Position numbers and translations under genes: made by a program | Assembly (NCBI GenBank): GCA_964604995.1 | Contig: CAZSAD010000004.1 | Location: 1,800 to 65,799, forward strand | Length of the DNA stretch: 64,000 nucleotides | Direction: 5' to 3' | DNA from: an uncultured Methanosarcinales archaeon | GTDB taxonomy: Archaea > Nanobdellota > Nanobdellia > Woesearchaeales > JABMPP01 | Part shown: positions 28,388 through 38,283 of the stretch, one piece after another | Layout: each line of letters opens with the position of its first letter | Numbering within the stretch: position 1 is the stretch's first letter | Notes under the pieces: generated by a model | What the model was told of the DNA's origin: nothing | What the model saw: only the letters and a program-made list of their open reading frames with translations | Databases searched by the model: none

Positions 28388-29695
28388 GTGATTTACGAGG
28401 GTGATTTTATGGCAAAGCAGTCATTAAAAGTTGATAAAGATGGAAGATTAATGAAAGACGAACAAAATGTTTGCATTCATTGCATTTCTCAATTAGATAA
28501 AGTTGCAAGCATAATTGAACTATCTCAAGCTGAGATAGATATCTTAAAGCAACCTGTTAGAAGTATTACAGTTGCATTTCCCGTCCATATGGATAATGGA
28601 ACAGTAAAAAGAGTTGTTGGGCATAGGGTGCAATTCAATGATGCAAGAGGCCCATGTAAAGGTGGGATTAGATTTCACCCAGATGTTGATTTAGAAGAAG
28701 TAAAAACTCTTTCATTTTTAATGACATTAAAATGTGCAGTTGCAAATATTCCATTTGGTGGTGGAAAAGGAGGAGTTGTAATTAATCCAAAAGAACTTTC
28801 CAAAAATGAATTAGAAAGATTAAGTAGAGGTTATATTCGAGCAATCCATAAATTTATTGGACCAAATATAGATATTCCAGCGCCAGATGTTTATACAACT
28901 CCACAAATAATGGCATGGATGCTAGATGAATATGAACTTATAACTGGCAAACATCAACCAGCAGTTATAACAGGAAAACCCTTGGCAATGGGTGGCAGTG
29001 AAGGAAGAGAATATTCAACTTCTTATGGTGGAGCTGCTGTGTTTAAAGAATTGGCAAAACAAATGAATCTTAATCCAAATGCAAAAGTTGCAATTCAAGG
29101 ATTCGGAAATGTTGGGAGCCATCTTGCAGATATTTTGTTTCAGGCAGGTTATAAAATAGTTGCAATATCTGATTCACAAGGTGGAGTTTACAACAACGAA
29201 GGATTAGACATAAAAAAGCTTCTTGACCACAAAACTAAAAATAATAGTATTGTTAACTTTGAAAATACAAAAAGAATAAGCAATGAAGAATTACTTGAAA
29301 TTGAATGCGATGTTCTTGTGCCTGCTGCATTAAGTAATCAAATTACAATAAAAAACGCTGATAAAATAAAATCTAAAATTATACTTGAACTTGCAAATGC
29401 TCCAATTACAATGGAAGCTGATGAAATTTTAGATGCTAAAAATATTATAGTTGTTCCAGATATTCTAGCAAATTCAGGTGGAGTTGTTGGAAGCTATTTT
29501 GAGTGGGTGCAAAACAATTATAATTATACATGGAAAGAAGAAGAAGTGATAAGAAGATTAGATAGAATTATGTCAAATGCATTTAAAGAAGTTTATGATG
29601 AATCTCAAAAACATGAATGTAGTATGAGAAATGCTTCATACATTGTTGCAGTAAAAAGAGTACTTGAAGCTGAAAAACTAAGGGGAACTTATTAA
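28388..29695 (+). CDS. gdhA: Glutamate dehydrogenase
   Basis: KGGIRFHP, IPFGGGKGG and GFGNVG Rossmann motifs. The start is probably the Met of MAKQSL at 28415. Confidence 0.8.
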   Translation: MIYEGDFMAKQSLKVDKDGRLMKDEQNVCIHCISQLDKVASIIELSQAEIDILKQPVRSITVAFPVHMDNGTVKRVVGHRVQFNDARGPCKGGIRFHPDVDLEEVKTLSFLMTLKCAVANIPFGGGKGGVVINPKELSKNELERLSRGYIRAIHKFIGPNIDIPAPDVYTTPQIMAWMLDEYELITGKHQPAVITGKPLAMGGSEGREYSTSYGGAAVFKELAKQMNLNPNAKVAIQGFGNVGSHLADILFQAGYKIVAISDSQGGVYNNEGLDIKKLLDHKTKNNSIVNFENTKRISNEELLEIECDVLVPAALSNQITIKNADKIKSKIILELANAPITMEADEILDAKNIIVVPDILANSGGVVGSYFEWVQNNYNYTWKEEEVIRRLDRIMSNAFKEVYDESQKHECSMRNASYIVAVKRVLEAEKLRGTY

Positions 29696-29752
29696 GTAAA
29701 TAATATTAGAAAAATTGAAATTAGTGAAATTATAAGTAAATAAAAATAAAAG

Positions 29753-30601
29753 TTGACAAGAATGGAAATTAATAAATTAAATTTTGGTACAGCAGGAGTA
29801 CCCTTATCAGCAAATCCAAGAACCACAATAGATGGTATTGGATTTGTAAAAAAATTAGGCTTAAGTGCTATGGAACTTGAATTTGTCCATAGTGTAAATA
29901 TCACAAAAGAAAAAGCACCATTGGTAAAAGAACAATCAGTAAAAAATGATGTTATTTTAACATGCCATGGCCAATATTTCATTAATTTAAGTGCTAAAGA
30001 AAAAATTAAGCAGCTAGCGAGTGTTCAAAGAATTCTTAATGCTGCAAGAATTGCACATGCCTGTGGAGCTTGGAGTTTAACATTTCATGCAGGTTTTTAT
30101 TTAGGTGAAGAAAAAACAAAAGTTTACAATATAATCAAATCTGAATTAAAGCAGATTGTTAAAACTTTAAAATCTGAAGGAAATAATATTTGGGTAAGAC
30201 CAGAAACCACAGGAAAAAATCCTCAGTTTGGAAGTTTTGAAGAATTGTTACAACTAAGTTCTGAACTTGAACAAGTTATGCCATGTTTTGATTTTGCTCA
30301 CATTCATGCAAGATCAAACGGAAAATATAACACTCTAAAAGAATTCACAAATATTCTTGAAGATGTAGAAAAGTATCTTGGAAAAAGAGGACTTCAAAAT
30401 ATGCACATGCATATGGCAGGAATTGATTACTCTGATAAGGGCGAAAGAAAGCATCTTATATTGGAAGAATCAGATATGAACTACAAAGATTTAATGAAAG
30501 TGTTAAAAGATTTTAATGTCAAAGGAGTATTAATTTGTGAAAGTCCTAATATTGAAAGTGATGCTCTTTTGATGAAAAGATATTATGATGAAATTAAATA
30601 G
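29753..30601 (+). CDS. AP endonuclease family 2 / xylose-isomerase-like TIM-barrel protein (endonuclease IV-like)
   Basis: HGQYFINL and LTFHAGFY resemble EndoIV HAPYLINL and NFHPGSH. CFDFAHIHA resembles ClDTCH. Confidence 0.45.
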   Translation: MTRMEINKLNFGTAGVPLSANPRTTIDGIGFVKKLGLSAMELEFVHSVNITKEKAPLVKEQSVKNDVILTCHGQYFINLSAKEKIKQLASVQRILNAARIAHACGAWSLTFHAGFYLGEEKTKVYNIIKSELKQIVKTLKSEGNNIWVRPETTGKNPQFGSFEELLQLSSELEQVMPCFDFAHIHARSNGKYNTLKEFTNILEDVEKYLGKRGLQNMHMHMAGIDYSDKGERKHLILEESDMNYKDLMKVLKDFNVKGVLICESPNIESDALLMKRYYDEIK

Positions 30602-30681
30602 ATAATAAAATTAGAAAATTAATATAAAAATTATATTTTTATTGATAAAATATTTATACCCAATTTCTTAATATTGAATTT

Positions 30682-32811
30682 ATGAAAAGTATTTTTAAAA
30701 AGATAATAGGCAAAAAAAATGCAGAAGAGCTGCAAGAATTGCCTTCTTATAAAAAAATTGAATATTTTATGGAAACAATGCTAAAAGATACTAATTATGA
30801 AATAACTATGTTAAGAGGCTTTCTTGAAGATTGGGAAAAAAAATCTAAAACTTTACATTCATTAAAATATCACACCCAAGCTTTGATTTTTAATATTGGA
30901 GATAAAAGTAATGATGATAACAAAAATTTGGAGATTATATTAAAAGTTGAGAAGGATATTGATAAAGAATTGTTAAAAATTGAAGATATAAATGAGCGTG
31001 AAAAAATTAATCAGCTTCTTTCTTGGGACAATAAAAATTGGCAAAAACTTAAGATAATTCTTCAAAAAAAACAACAATTTTTTAAAGAATATGGTAACAA
31101 AGATATGGGAATAATTTACCACAATATTAATCAACTGATATCTTTATTAAAAGAGCAGTATCAGATTTTAACAGATGAAAAAGAATTTCTAAATAGGTTA
31201 AAGGAAATAGAAACTCATTTAGGAACAGTAGAAAAAATCAACAATAGACATGATTTGTTTAATAAATGGAGACAGATTTGGATAGCAACATTTTGTGATA
31301 CCTGCAATGATATAAATATAAAAAGAAAGAGACTGTGGGATTTTGATAACTGCTTGCGTGATATTCAAGGAAATAATAGCAATTACATACCCAAAATGTG
31401 GACTTCTGAAGAATTTAATGCTTTAATGGAACAATTGGTAAAATTATATGAGTATGGTTATAAAAATAGTTTGGATATTCAAGATTATTCTCGCTTTGGT
31501 TTATTATCCAGCTCATTTAATTTATCAATAAGACACCATGATCCTAAACAAATAAAATATATGTTAAAATTATATCAGAACAATAATAATGTTGGAGCAG
31601 AAGTTTTTGATAAATTTTTAGACGCAGTATATAGGTATAGCACCAAAAGAAGATTAACAGAAGAAAATGTTAATATTTTTGGAACTAAATTATTAAATGC
31701 TATAATCAATAAAACAGAAGATGTAAAAATTCTTTTAAGAGGAGGCAATATTTGGGGTATGTATAAAAATGACTTTGGAATTGGAGATTATATATGTCAT
31801 TGTTTTTTATTAAAGATTTGCTCCCAAGCAATTAATGAATTGATAATGATAGAGCGAATATTTCCAACATCAGATTTTAATAAGTTTGAACAAAATAGAT
31901 TAGATGCATTATCTCTAGGTTATAGTTTTGGTAGTATGAGAGATTTTATTCATGATCAAAGACCGCATGTTAATGAATTGATAGATGCCATGATTGAGTT
32001 TTATGATACTAAAAATCCAAAAAAGTTAAATGTTATTCTTCCATTATGTGATTATTTTAATTCTGAAAATATAAAATTTTATTCTATAGATCTATATAAT
32101 AAGGAATGTTCAGAAATTAACAAGGAAAATGAAGGAATAGCTAATAAAGTAACAAAAAAAATAAAATCAATTGATATTTTGCGAAGATTAAAACAAAATA
32201 CTAAATTAGTAGAACTTCAACCTCCAGTATGTACCGACAATAAATTAAGTTTTTTTATGTTATCTTTAAGCAAGTGTAATTCAATGTATACCAAAAGAGA
32301 AGAGCTCGCAACAACTTTAAAATACATCAACGATAAATTGTCAAAATTAATGCAAAGAAATGAATATGGAATTGAACCAAGTATAATAACTTCAATTCAA
32401 TGGTTGGAAAGACAATCTTTTTATCTGTTGCAATCTATGGATTTTGAAACCCAATTTGGAGTTCATAAAATGTCCTGGTTTTTAGAAATTCTAAGATTTA
32501 ATGAACTGACTTTTTCAGCCAGAAAATATAATGAAAAAGATTTGTTTGATTATTTGAATAGCATAAAAAAACAGCCACACTATGCTCTAGCTAATAAAAT
32601 TATTTTTAAAAGAGTTAGTGAAAATGTTGACGAACTTGTAAGTATTTATAAGAAAAAAAGAATGAATAATTTTATTGGCGCCCTTTGGTCAGGAAATGTT
32701 GTTCATGAATTATTAGCCATGGTCGATTATAAGCCTGCTTCAAGTGAAGTTGGTAGAAGATATAGGGAAATATATTCACAACATCCAATGGACCAAAAAA
32801 CAGGAGATTAG
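30682..32811 (+). CDS. Hypothetical large helical protein with no recognisable motif
   Basis: 709-aa uninterrupted ORF. No transmembrane segments, no nucleotide-binding or metal motifs recognised. Confidence 0.35.
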   Translation: MKSIFKKIIGKKNAEELQELPSYKKIEYFMETMLKDTNYEITMLRGFLEDWEKKSKTLHSLKYHTQALIFNIGDKSNDDNKNLEIILKVEKDIDKELLKIEDINEREKINQLLSWDNKNWQKLKIILQKKQQFFKEYGNKDMGIIYHNINQLISLLKEQYQILTDEKEFLNRLKEIETHLGTVEKINNRHDLFNKWRQIWIATFCDTCNDINIKRKRLWDFDNCLRDIQGNNSNYIPKMWTSEEFNALMEQLVKLYEYGYKNSLDIQDYSRFGLLSSSFNLSIRHHDPKQIKYMLKLYQNNNNVGAEVFDKFLDAVYRYSTKRRLTEENVNIFGTKLLNAIINKTEDVKILLRGGNIWGMYKNDFGIGDYICHCFLLKICSQAINELIMIERIFPTSDFNKFEQNRLDALSLGYSFGSMRDFIHDQRPHVNELIDAMIEFYDTKNPKKLNVILPLCDYFNSENIKFYSIDLYNKECSEINKENEGIANKVTKKIKSIDILRRLKQNTKLVELQPPVCTDNKLSFFMLSLSKCNSMYTKREELATTLKYINDKLSKLMQRNEYGIEPSIITSIQWLERQSFYLLQSMDFETQFGVHKMSWFLEILRFNELTFSARKYNEKDLFDYLNSIKKQPHYALANKIIFKRVSENVDELVSIYKKKRMNNFIGALWSGNVVHELLAMVDYKPASSEVGRRYREIYSQHPMDQKTGD

Positions 32812-32874
32812 TTTTTTAAAATATAAAACAGATAAAAAACAAACTATTTATTCTCAAGTTGTTATCTACTTTGC

Positions 32875-33621
32875 ATGGAAATAATTAAAGGAATTGGGAT
32901 AGTGGATTTAGCTTTATTTATTCGAGAACAAAAAACTTTAGTGATCTCAGATTTACATATTGGCTATGAAGAGGAATTAAACAAAAAAGGTTTTCTTGTT
33001 CCAAGAATGCATTTCAAAGATACAATTGAAAGATTAGACAAAATTATCCAAAAAACCCAGCCTGAAACAATTATAATAAATGGTGATTTAAAGCATGAAT
33101 TTGGCTCAATTTCAGAGCAGGAATGGAGAGATACAATTCGCCTGATTGATTATCTTGCAAAACACTCAAAAAAAATAATTTTAATAAAAGGTAATCATGA
33201 CACAATTCTTGGTCCTATTGCAAAAAAAAGAGAAGTTGAAGTAGTTAACAATTTTGCAATTCAATTAAAGAATAAAACAAAAATATTTTTCTGCCACGGA
33301 GACAAAATTCCAAAGGAAAAAAGATTTGAAGATTCAAATATTGTAATAATAGGACATGAACATTCTGCAATAACAATTAGTGATAGTATAAGACAGGAAA
33401 AATACAAATGTTTTTTGGTTGGTAAGTGGAAATTAGGAATAATAAAAAAGAGTAAAACTTTGATTGTTTTGCCTTCATTTAATTTAGTAACCGAAGGAAC
33501 AGATATTAAACAAGGAAGGTTATTAAGTCCATTTTTAAAAGATTCAATCTTAGAATTCAAAGTTTACATATCAAACCAAGAATCAGTAATGGATTTTGGG
33601 AAGATAAAGAATATTAAATAA
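32875..33621 (+). CDS. Metallophosphoesterase (MJ0936/YfcE-like)
   Basis: Motifs DLHIGY, NGDLKHEF, GNHD, GHEH. Confidence 0.55.
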   Translation: MEIIKGIGIVDLALFIREQKTLVISDLHIGYEEELNKKGFLVPRMHFKDTIERLDKIIQKTQPETIIINGDLKHEFGSISEQEWRDTIRLIDYLAKHSKKIILIKGNHDTILGPIAKKREVEVVNNFAIQLKNKTKIFFCHGDKIPKEKRFEDSNIVIIGHEHSAITISDSIRQEKYKCFLVGKWKLGIIKKSKTLIVLPSFNLVTEGTDIKQGRLLSPFLKDSILEFKVYISNQESVMDFGKIKNIK

Positions 33622-33672
33622 TATTTAACAAAAATAACCATAGAATCAATAAATAAATTTGAATAAATAAGT

Positions 33673-34854
33673 TTATTTTTGATATTCTTTTGCAACTCGT
33701 AAATATGCCTCCCTAAATGGAACTCCTTGTTTAACAAGTTTGTAAGCTTTTTGTGTTGCAAAAAGTTCTTTAGTCATTGCTTTTTTACATTTATCACTAT
33801 TAACTTCAAGTTTACTAATAATCAAATCTGCTACATGTAATGAAGAGATTGTAATATCAAAAGATTGCATGAGTGCACTTTTTGTCAGTTGAAATTCCCT
33901 ATGATAGCCTGTTGTAAGATTGCCAATTGTACTAAGAATTTGAAATTCAAAAGATAGTACTTGATGATATTTCCCTCGCATAATTTCTAATGGATCAGGA
34001 TTATATTTTTGAGGCATTATAGAGCTTCCAGTACAAAATTCTTTTGGCAGTTCAAAGTATCCAAATTTATCCATGCTATAAATTATAAGATCTGTTGCTA
34101 ATTTATTAAGATCAAACATTATAGATGTTAATGCATGCAAAACCAATGCTTCAAATTTACCTCTGCTCATTTGAACATATATTGGATTTTCCTGTAACTT
34201 AGCAAATCCCATTAATTTTGTTGTGAGTTTTTTATCGATATTTAATGGAATACCATATCCAGCGCCAGAACCAAGCGGATTTTGATTTACAAGATTATAC
34301 ACTGAATCTAAAAAAAGAATGTCATCTTTTAATGAATCCAAAAAAGCATTGCTCCAAAGCTCAATTGAAGAAGGCATTGCTTTTCTCATATGAGTATAAC
34401 CGGGCATTGGAATTTTGCCATATTTTTTTTTGAAAGATTGAAATGTTTTAATTAGATTTGATGCTGCATTTTTTGTAGTTGTGATTGAGTCTAGCATGTA
34501 TAATCTAATTGCAGTTGCGACTTGGTCATTTCTTGATCTTGCGGTATGAATTTTCTTCCCAACTTTTCCATACTTTGCTGTAAGATAATTTTCTATAGCT
34601 GTATGACAATCTTCATCATCTTTTTTCACAATAAATTTAGAATCTTTATGAAGAGTTATTATTTCATTTAAGCCTAAAATAAGAAGTTTTAATTCCTGTT
34701 TGTTAATAATTCCAATTTTATTTAGCATTGTTGCATGTGCAATAGATGCTTTACAATCATAAGGTACTAATCTTTGATCAAATACATAATCATTATCAGT
34801 ACAATATGATTCAATTTCAAAATTAACATCATAATCTTTTTTCCAAAGTTTCAT
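33673..34854 (-). CDS. argH: Argininosuccinate lyase (short form)
   Basis: MKLWKK…SIAHATML N-terminus, TARSRNDQVATAIRLY, and GSSIMPQKYNPD motifs. 393 aa. Confidence 0.75.
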   Translation of the reverse strand: MKLWKKDYDVNFEIESYCTDNDYVFDQRLVPYDCKASIAHATMLNKIGIINKQELKLLILGLNEIITLHKDSKFIVKKDDEDCHTAIENYLTAKYGKVGKKIHTARSRNDQVATAIRLYMLDSITTTKNAASNLIKTFQSFKKKYGKIPMPGYTHMRKAMPSSIELWSNAFLDSLKDDILFLDSVYNLVNQNPLGSGAGYGIPLNIDKKLTTKLMGFAKLQENPIYVQMSRGKFEALVLHALTSIMFDLNKLATDLIIYSMDKFGYFELPKEFCTGSSIMPQKYNPDPLEIMRGKYHQVLSFEFQILSTIGNLTTGYHREFQLTKSALMQSFDITISSLHVADLIISKLEVNSDKCKKAMTKELFATQKAYKLVKQGVPFREAYLRVAKEYQK

Positions 34855-34915
34855 TATTTCACCAAATAGTTTGTTAATATATTTAAACTAATAAGATAAA
34901 AGTTTATTGAGATAT

Positions 34916-35842
34916 TTAATTCTTTCCCATTAATTTAAGCAGTACAGCTTTTTGTACATGTAGTCTATTTTCAGCTTCATCAAAAACAACACTATGTTCT
35001 CCATCAATTATTGAAGTAGTCATTTCATTTTCTCTTGTTGCTGGAAGACAGTGCATAAAAATAAAATCTTTTTTTGCATGTGAAACTAAACTATCATTTA
35101 CTTGATAATTTTTTAGAAGATTTTTTCTTTTTTGTTCTTCATCTTTAGATATGTGATAACTCATCCAAGTGTCAGTCACAATAATATCTGCATTTTTTGC
35201 AGCAAGTATTGGATCTTGTATGATTACAATTTTTCCATTTTTATTGCTTTCTAATAATTTATTAGCATAAATTAATACTTCTTCTTTTGGAGAAGCTTCT
35301 TTTGGACAAGCAATAAATATTTCCATTCCCATCATTGCGCTTGCAATAATTAAGTCGTGCGTTACATTGTTATGTGCATCTCCAAAGTATGCAAGTTTTA
35401 ATCCTTGAAAATTACCTTTTTTCTCTTTTATTGTTAAAAGATCAGCTAAAACTTGGCATGGATGGAAATCGTTTGTAAGTGCATTTATAACAGGAATTGT
35501 TGAGTTGTTTTTAAGTTTAATAACATCTGAATGTTCAAATAACCTTGCAGTAACGCAATCAACATATCTACTTGCAACTCTTGCAGCATCTTCAATTGTT
35601 TCTTTTTTTCCAAGTGTTGAGTTTTGTGAATCTACTACAACTGCATGCCCTCCCATTTTTTGCATTGCAACTTCAAATGATATTCTTGTCCTATACGATA
35701 ATTTTTCAAAAATCATAAGGAGTGTTTTTCCTTGCAAAGCAGAAGAATATTGCTCTGAATTTTTTTTAATTTCTGTAGCTAAATCTAATAATTCATTTAC
35801 TTGCTTTTGGTTTAAATCCATAAAGGAAAGTAGCGATTTCAT
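34916..35842 (-). CDS. argF: Ornithine carbamoyltransferase
   Basis: SYRTR (STRTR-like) motif, HPCQVLADL, HCLPA. Confidence 0.8.
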   Translation of the reverse strand: MKSLLSFMDLNQKQVNELLDLATEIKKNSEQYSSALQGKTLLMIFEKLSYRTRISFEVAMQKMGGHAVVVDSQNSTLGKKETIEDAARVASRYVDCVTARLFEHSDVIKLKNNSTIPVINALTNDFHPCQVLADLLTIKEKKGNFQGLKLAYFGDAHNNVTHDLIIASAMMGMEIFIACPKEASPKEEVLIYANKLLESNKNGKIVIIQDPILAAKNADIIVTDTWMSYHISKDEEQKRKNLLKNYQVNDSLVSHAKKDFIFMHCLPATRENEMTTSIIDGEHSVVFDEAENRLHVQKAVLLKLMGKN

Positions 35843-35899
35843 TTTGTTTCCTCCTATTTAATTTACTCTTAAAAATAATTAAAAATAACTAAAAATAAT

Positions 35900-37189
35900 T
35901 TATTTTATCTTCAATCTTGAAGAGCTTGCTTTAAGCCTTAGTGCATTTAGTTTGATAAAACCAATTGCATCAGTTTGGTCATAGTCACCAAGCTCATCCA
36001 TTGAAGCTATTTTTTGATTGTATAAACTAAATTTACTTTCTCTTCCTTTGATTATTACATTTCCTTTGTACAAACTTAAGTATACTGTGCCAGTTACATT
36101 TTCCTGCGATTTGTCATTTAATGTCATAAGTAGTTGCATTTCAGGACTATACCAAAATCCAAAATAAATAAGTTGTGCAAATTTTGGCATGAGTGTATCT
36201 CTTATCTGCATAACTTCCCTATCCATTGTTAATCCTTCAATATCTAAATGTGCAACTCTAAGTATAGTTCCAGCTGGAGTTTCATAAACTCCTCTTGATT
36301 TCATTCCGACAAATCTGTCTTCAACCAAATCTATCCTACCAATTCCATTCTCGCCGCCAAGTTTATTTAGATATGAGAAAATTTCCAGCGGATTGGTAAA
36401 GAAAAGACTGTTCGTTTTATTTTCTACTTTAATTGGAATACCATCTTTAAATTCTATTTTAAGTTCAGTCTCTTTATCAGGTGCTTTTTTTGGAGAAGTA
36501 GACATCTCAAAACATTCTTCAGGCAGAGTGTATAATGGATCTTCCAAAACTCCAGCTTCGTAGCTAATGTGCATTAAATTAGCATCAGTTGAATATGGCG
36601 CTTTTGATGTAGCTTTAATAGGAATCCCATTAACATTTGCATAATTTATCATATCTGCTCTTCCTTTGAATTGTGTTGTAAATTCATTATCTTTCCAAGG
36701 GCTTATTATTTTTACATTAGGCATAAGGGTGTAATAAGTCATCTCGAAGCGTACTTGATCATTTCCTTTCCCTGTTGCTCCATGTGCAACAATATTGGTA
36801 TTTTCTTTTTTAGCAATTTCAATATGTTTTTTTGCAATAAGTGGTCTTGCAAGCGATGTTCCAAGAAGATATTTGCCTTCATAAATTGCATTTGCTTTTA
36901 AGGCTGGAAAAATAAAATCAGTTACAAATTCTTCTTTTAAATTTTCTATGTAAACTTTACTTGCACCAATTTTTAGTGCTTTTTCTTTTGCTGCCAAAAA
37001 ATCTTCTTGTTGCCCGACATCTGCAACATAGCAAACAACATCATATCCTTTATTCAAAAGCCACTTTAAAATTACAGATGTATCTAATCCGCCACTGTAT
37101 GCAAGAATAACTTTTTGTTTAGTATTTATTTTTGTTTTTTGTTCCACATTTGTATTATTAGATTCATTATCCATTAATTTATTATTCAT
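35900..37189 (-). CDS. argG: Argininosuccinate synthase
   Basis: [12 protein letters not shown]-loop. 429 aa. Stop overlaps the argC start. Confidence 0.8.
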   Translation of the reverse strand: MNNKLMDNESNNTNVEQKTKINTKQKVILAYSGGLDTSVILKWLLNKGYDVVCYVADVGQQEDFLAAKEKALKIGASKVYIENLKEEFVTDFIFPALKANAIYEGKYLLGTSLARPLIAKKHIEIAKKENTNIVAHGATGKGNDQVRFEMTYYTLMPNVKIISPWKDNEFTTQFKGRADMINYANVNGIPIKATSKAPYSTDANLMHISYEAGVLEDPLYTLPEECFEMSTSPKKAPDKETELKIEFKDGIPIKVENKTNSLFFTNPLEIFSYLNKLGGENGIGRIDLVEDRFVGMKSRGVYETPAGTILRVAHLDIEGLTMDREVMQIRDTLMPKFAQLIYFGFWYSPEMQLLMTLNDKSQENVTGTVYLSLYKGNVIIKGRESKFSLYNQKIASMDELGDYDQTDAIGFIKLNALRLKASSSRLKIK

Positions 37190-38280
37190 TTTAAACCCTC
37201 CAAATTTGTTTCTAGACCTTCTTTTTCATCGAAACAGAATATGAGATTCATATTTTGTACGGCTTGGCCTGAAGCTCCTTTTAATAAATTATCAAGCACA
37301 CAAACAATTACCATTTGATTGTTTTCATCTACTTCAAATCCACCGATGATTAGTTTATTAGTATTTTGTACTTGATGTAAATCAGGTATTGTATCTACAA
37401 TTTCAACTAATGGACAATCTTTGTAAAACTCTTTAAATAATTTTTTTATATTTTTTATACTTTCCAAGTCTTGTTTTTCTTTCAAAATAAAATGTCCAGT
37501 TATCATCATACCCCTAAATGTATCAATAACATGCGGAGTGAAACTTAATTTTGTTTTGATAAATTGTTCAACTTCATATTTGTGCCTATGCTTTGTTAAA
37601 TTATATGCCACTAAATTATCTTTGATTAAAGAATTATCTTTAGCAAAAGAAGAATTTTTTCCAGCACCGCTCCAACCAGACTTGCAATCAAATATTATGT
37701 AACTTGCAAGATTTTGAATTGGATAACTGCTAAGCAGCATTCCTGTTGCATAGCATCCAGGATTAGCAATAATTTTTGCATTTTTTATTTCATTTTTGAA
37801 TAATTCAGGAGAACCATAAACAGCTTTTGTTGTTTTATCTTTGTGTTGAATTTTATATGCTGTTTCATAGTCACTTGCATTTTTAAAACGATAATCGGCA
37901 CTCAAATCAATAATTTTACATTTAGAATTATTTTTTAATTTTAAAACATAATCCATGGCTAAAGTATGTGGCAATGCTAAAAAAATAACATCTAGATTCA
38001 TTTTTTCAATTTCGTCTAAACTATATCCTGTGTATTTTAAATTTAAATCAAAATCATTATACAAATCCTTAACTTTTAATCCAGCAGAACTTTCACTGTT
38101 TAATACAACAAGTTCAACATACTTATGTTTTGATAATATTTTTGTAAGTTCATAACCTGTATAACCTGTTGCACCAATTATTCCTGCTTTAATTTTTTTA
38201 CTTTCGATTTTACTTTTGATAGTTGTATCTTTAAGCATTTTTATCCTCAATTTAACAGAGTGTAATTCAATCATACCCAT
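37186..38280 (-). CDS. argC: N-acetyl-gamma-glutamyl-phosphate reductase
   Basis: [13 protein letters not shown] Rossmann motif. Catalytic Cys region NPGCYATG. Confidence 0.8.
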   Translation of the reverse strand: MGMIELHSVKLRIKMLKDTTIKSKIESKKIKAGIIGATGYTGYELTKILSKHKYVELVVLNSESSAGLKVKDLYNDFDLNLKYTGYSLDEIEKMNLDVIFLALPHTLAMDYVLKLKNNSKCKIIDLSADYRFKNASDYETAYKIQHKDKTTKAVYGSPELFKNEIKNAKIIANPGCYATGMLLSSYPIQNLASYIIFDCKSGWSGAGKNSSFAKDNSLIKDNLVAYNLTKHRHKYEVEQFIKTKLSFTPHVIDTFRGMMITGHFILKEKQDLESIKNIKKLFKEFYKDCPLVEIVDTIPDLHQVQNTNKLIIGGFEVDENNQMVIVCVLDNLLKGASGQAVQNMNLIFCFDEKEGLETNLEGLK

Positions 38281-38283
38281 AAT

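Noticed and set aside
29753-30601. Considered calling this gene a sugar-phosphate isomerase/epimerase instead of endonuclease IV.
   Set aside because: Not fully rejected. The HxxY(F/L)INL and FHxG patterns favour the AP-endonuclease-2 (Nfo) subgroup of the TIM-barrel family, so it is reported as EndoIV-like with modest confidence.
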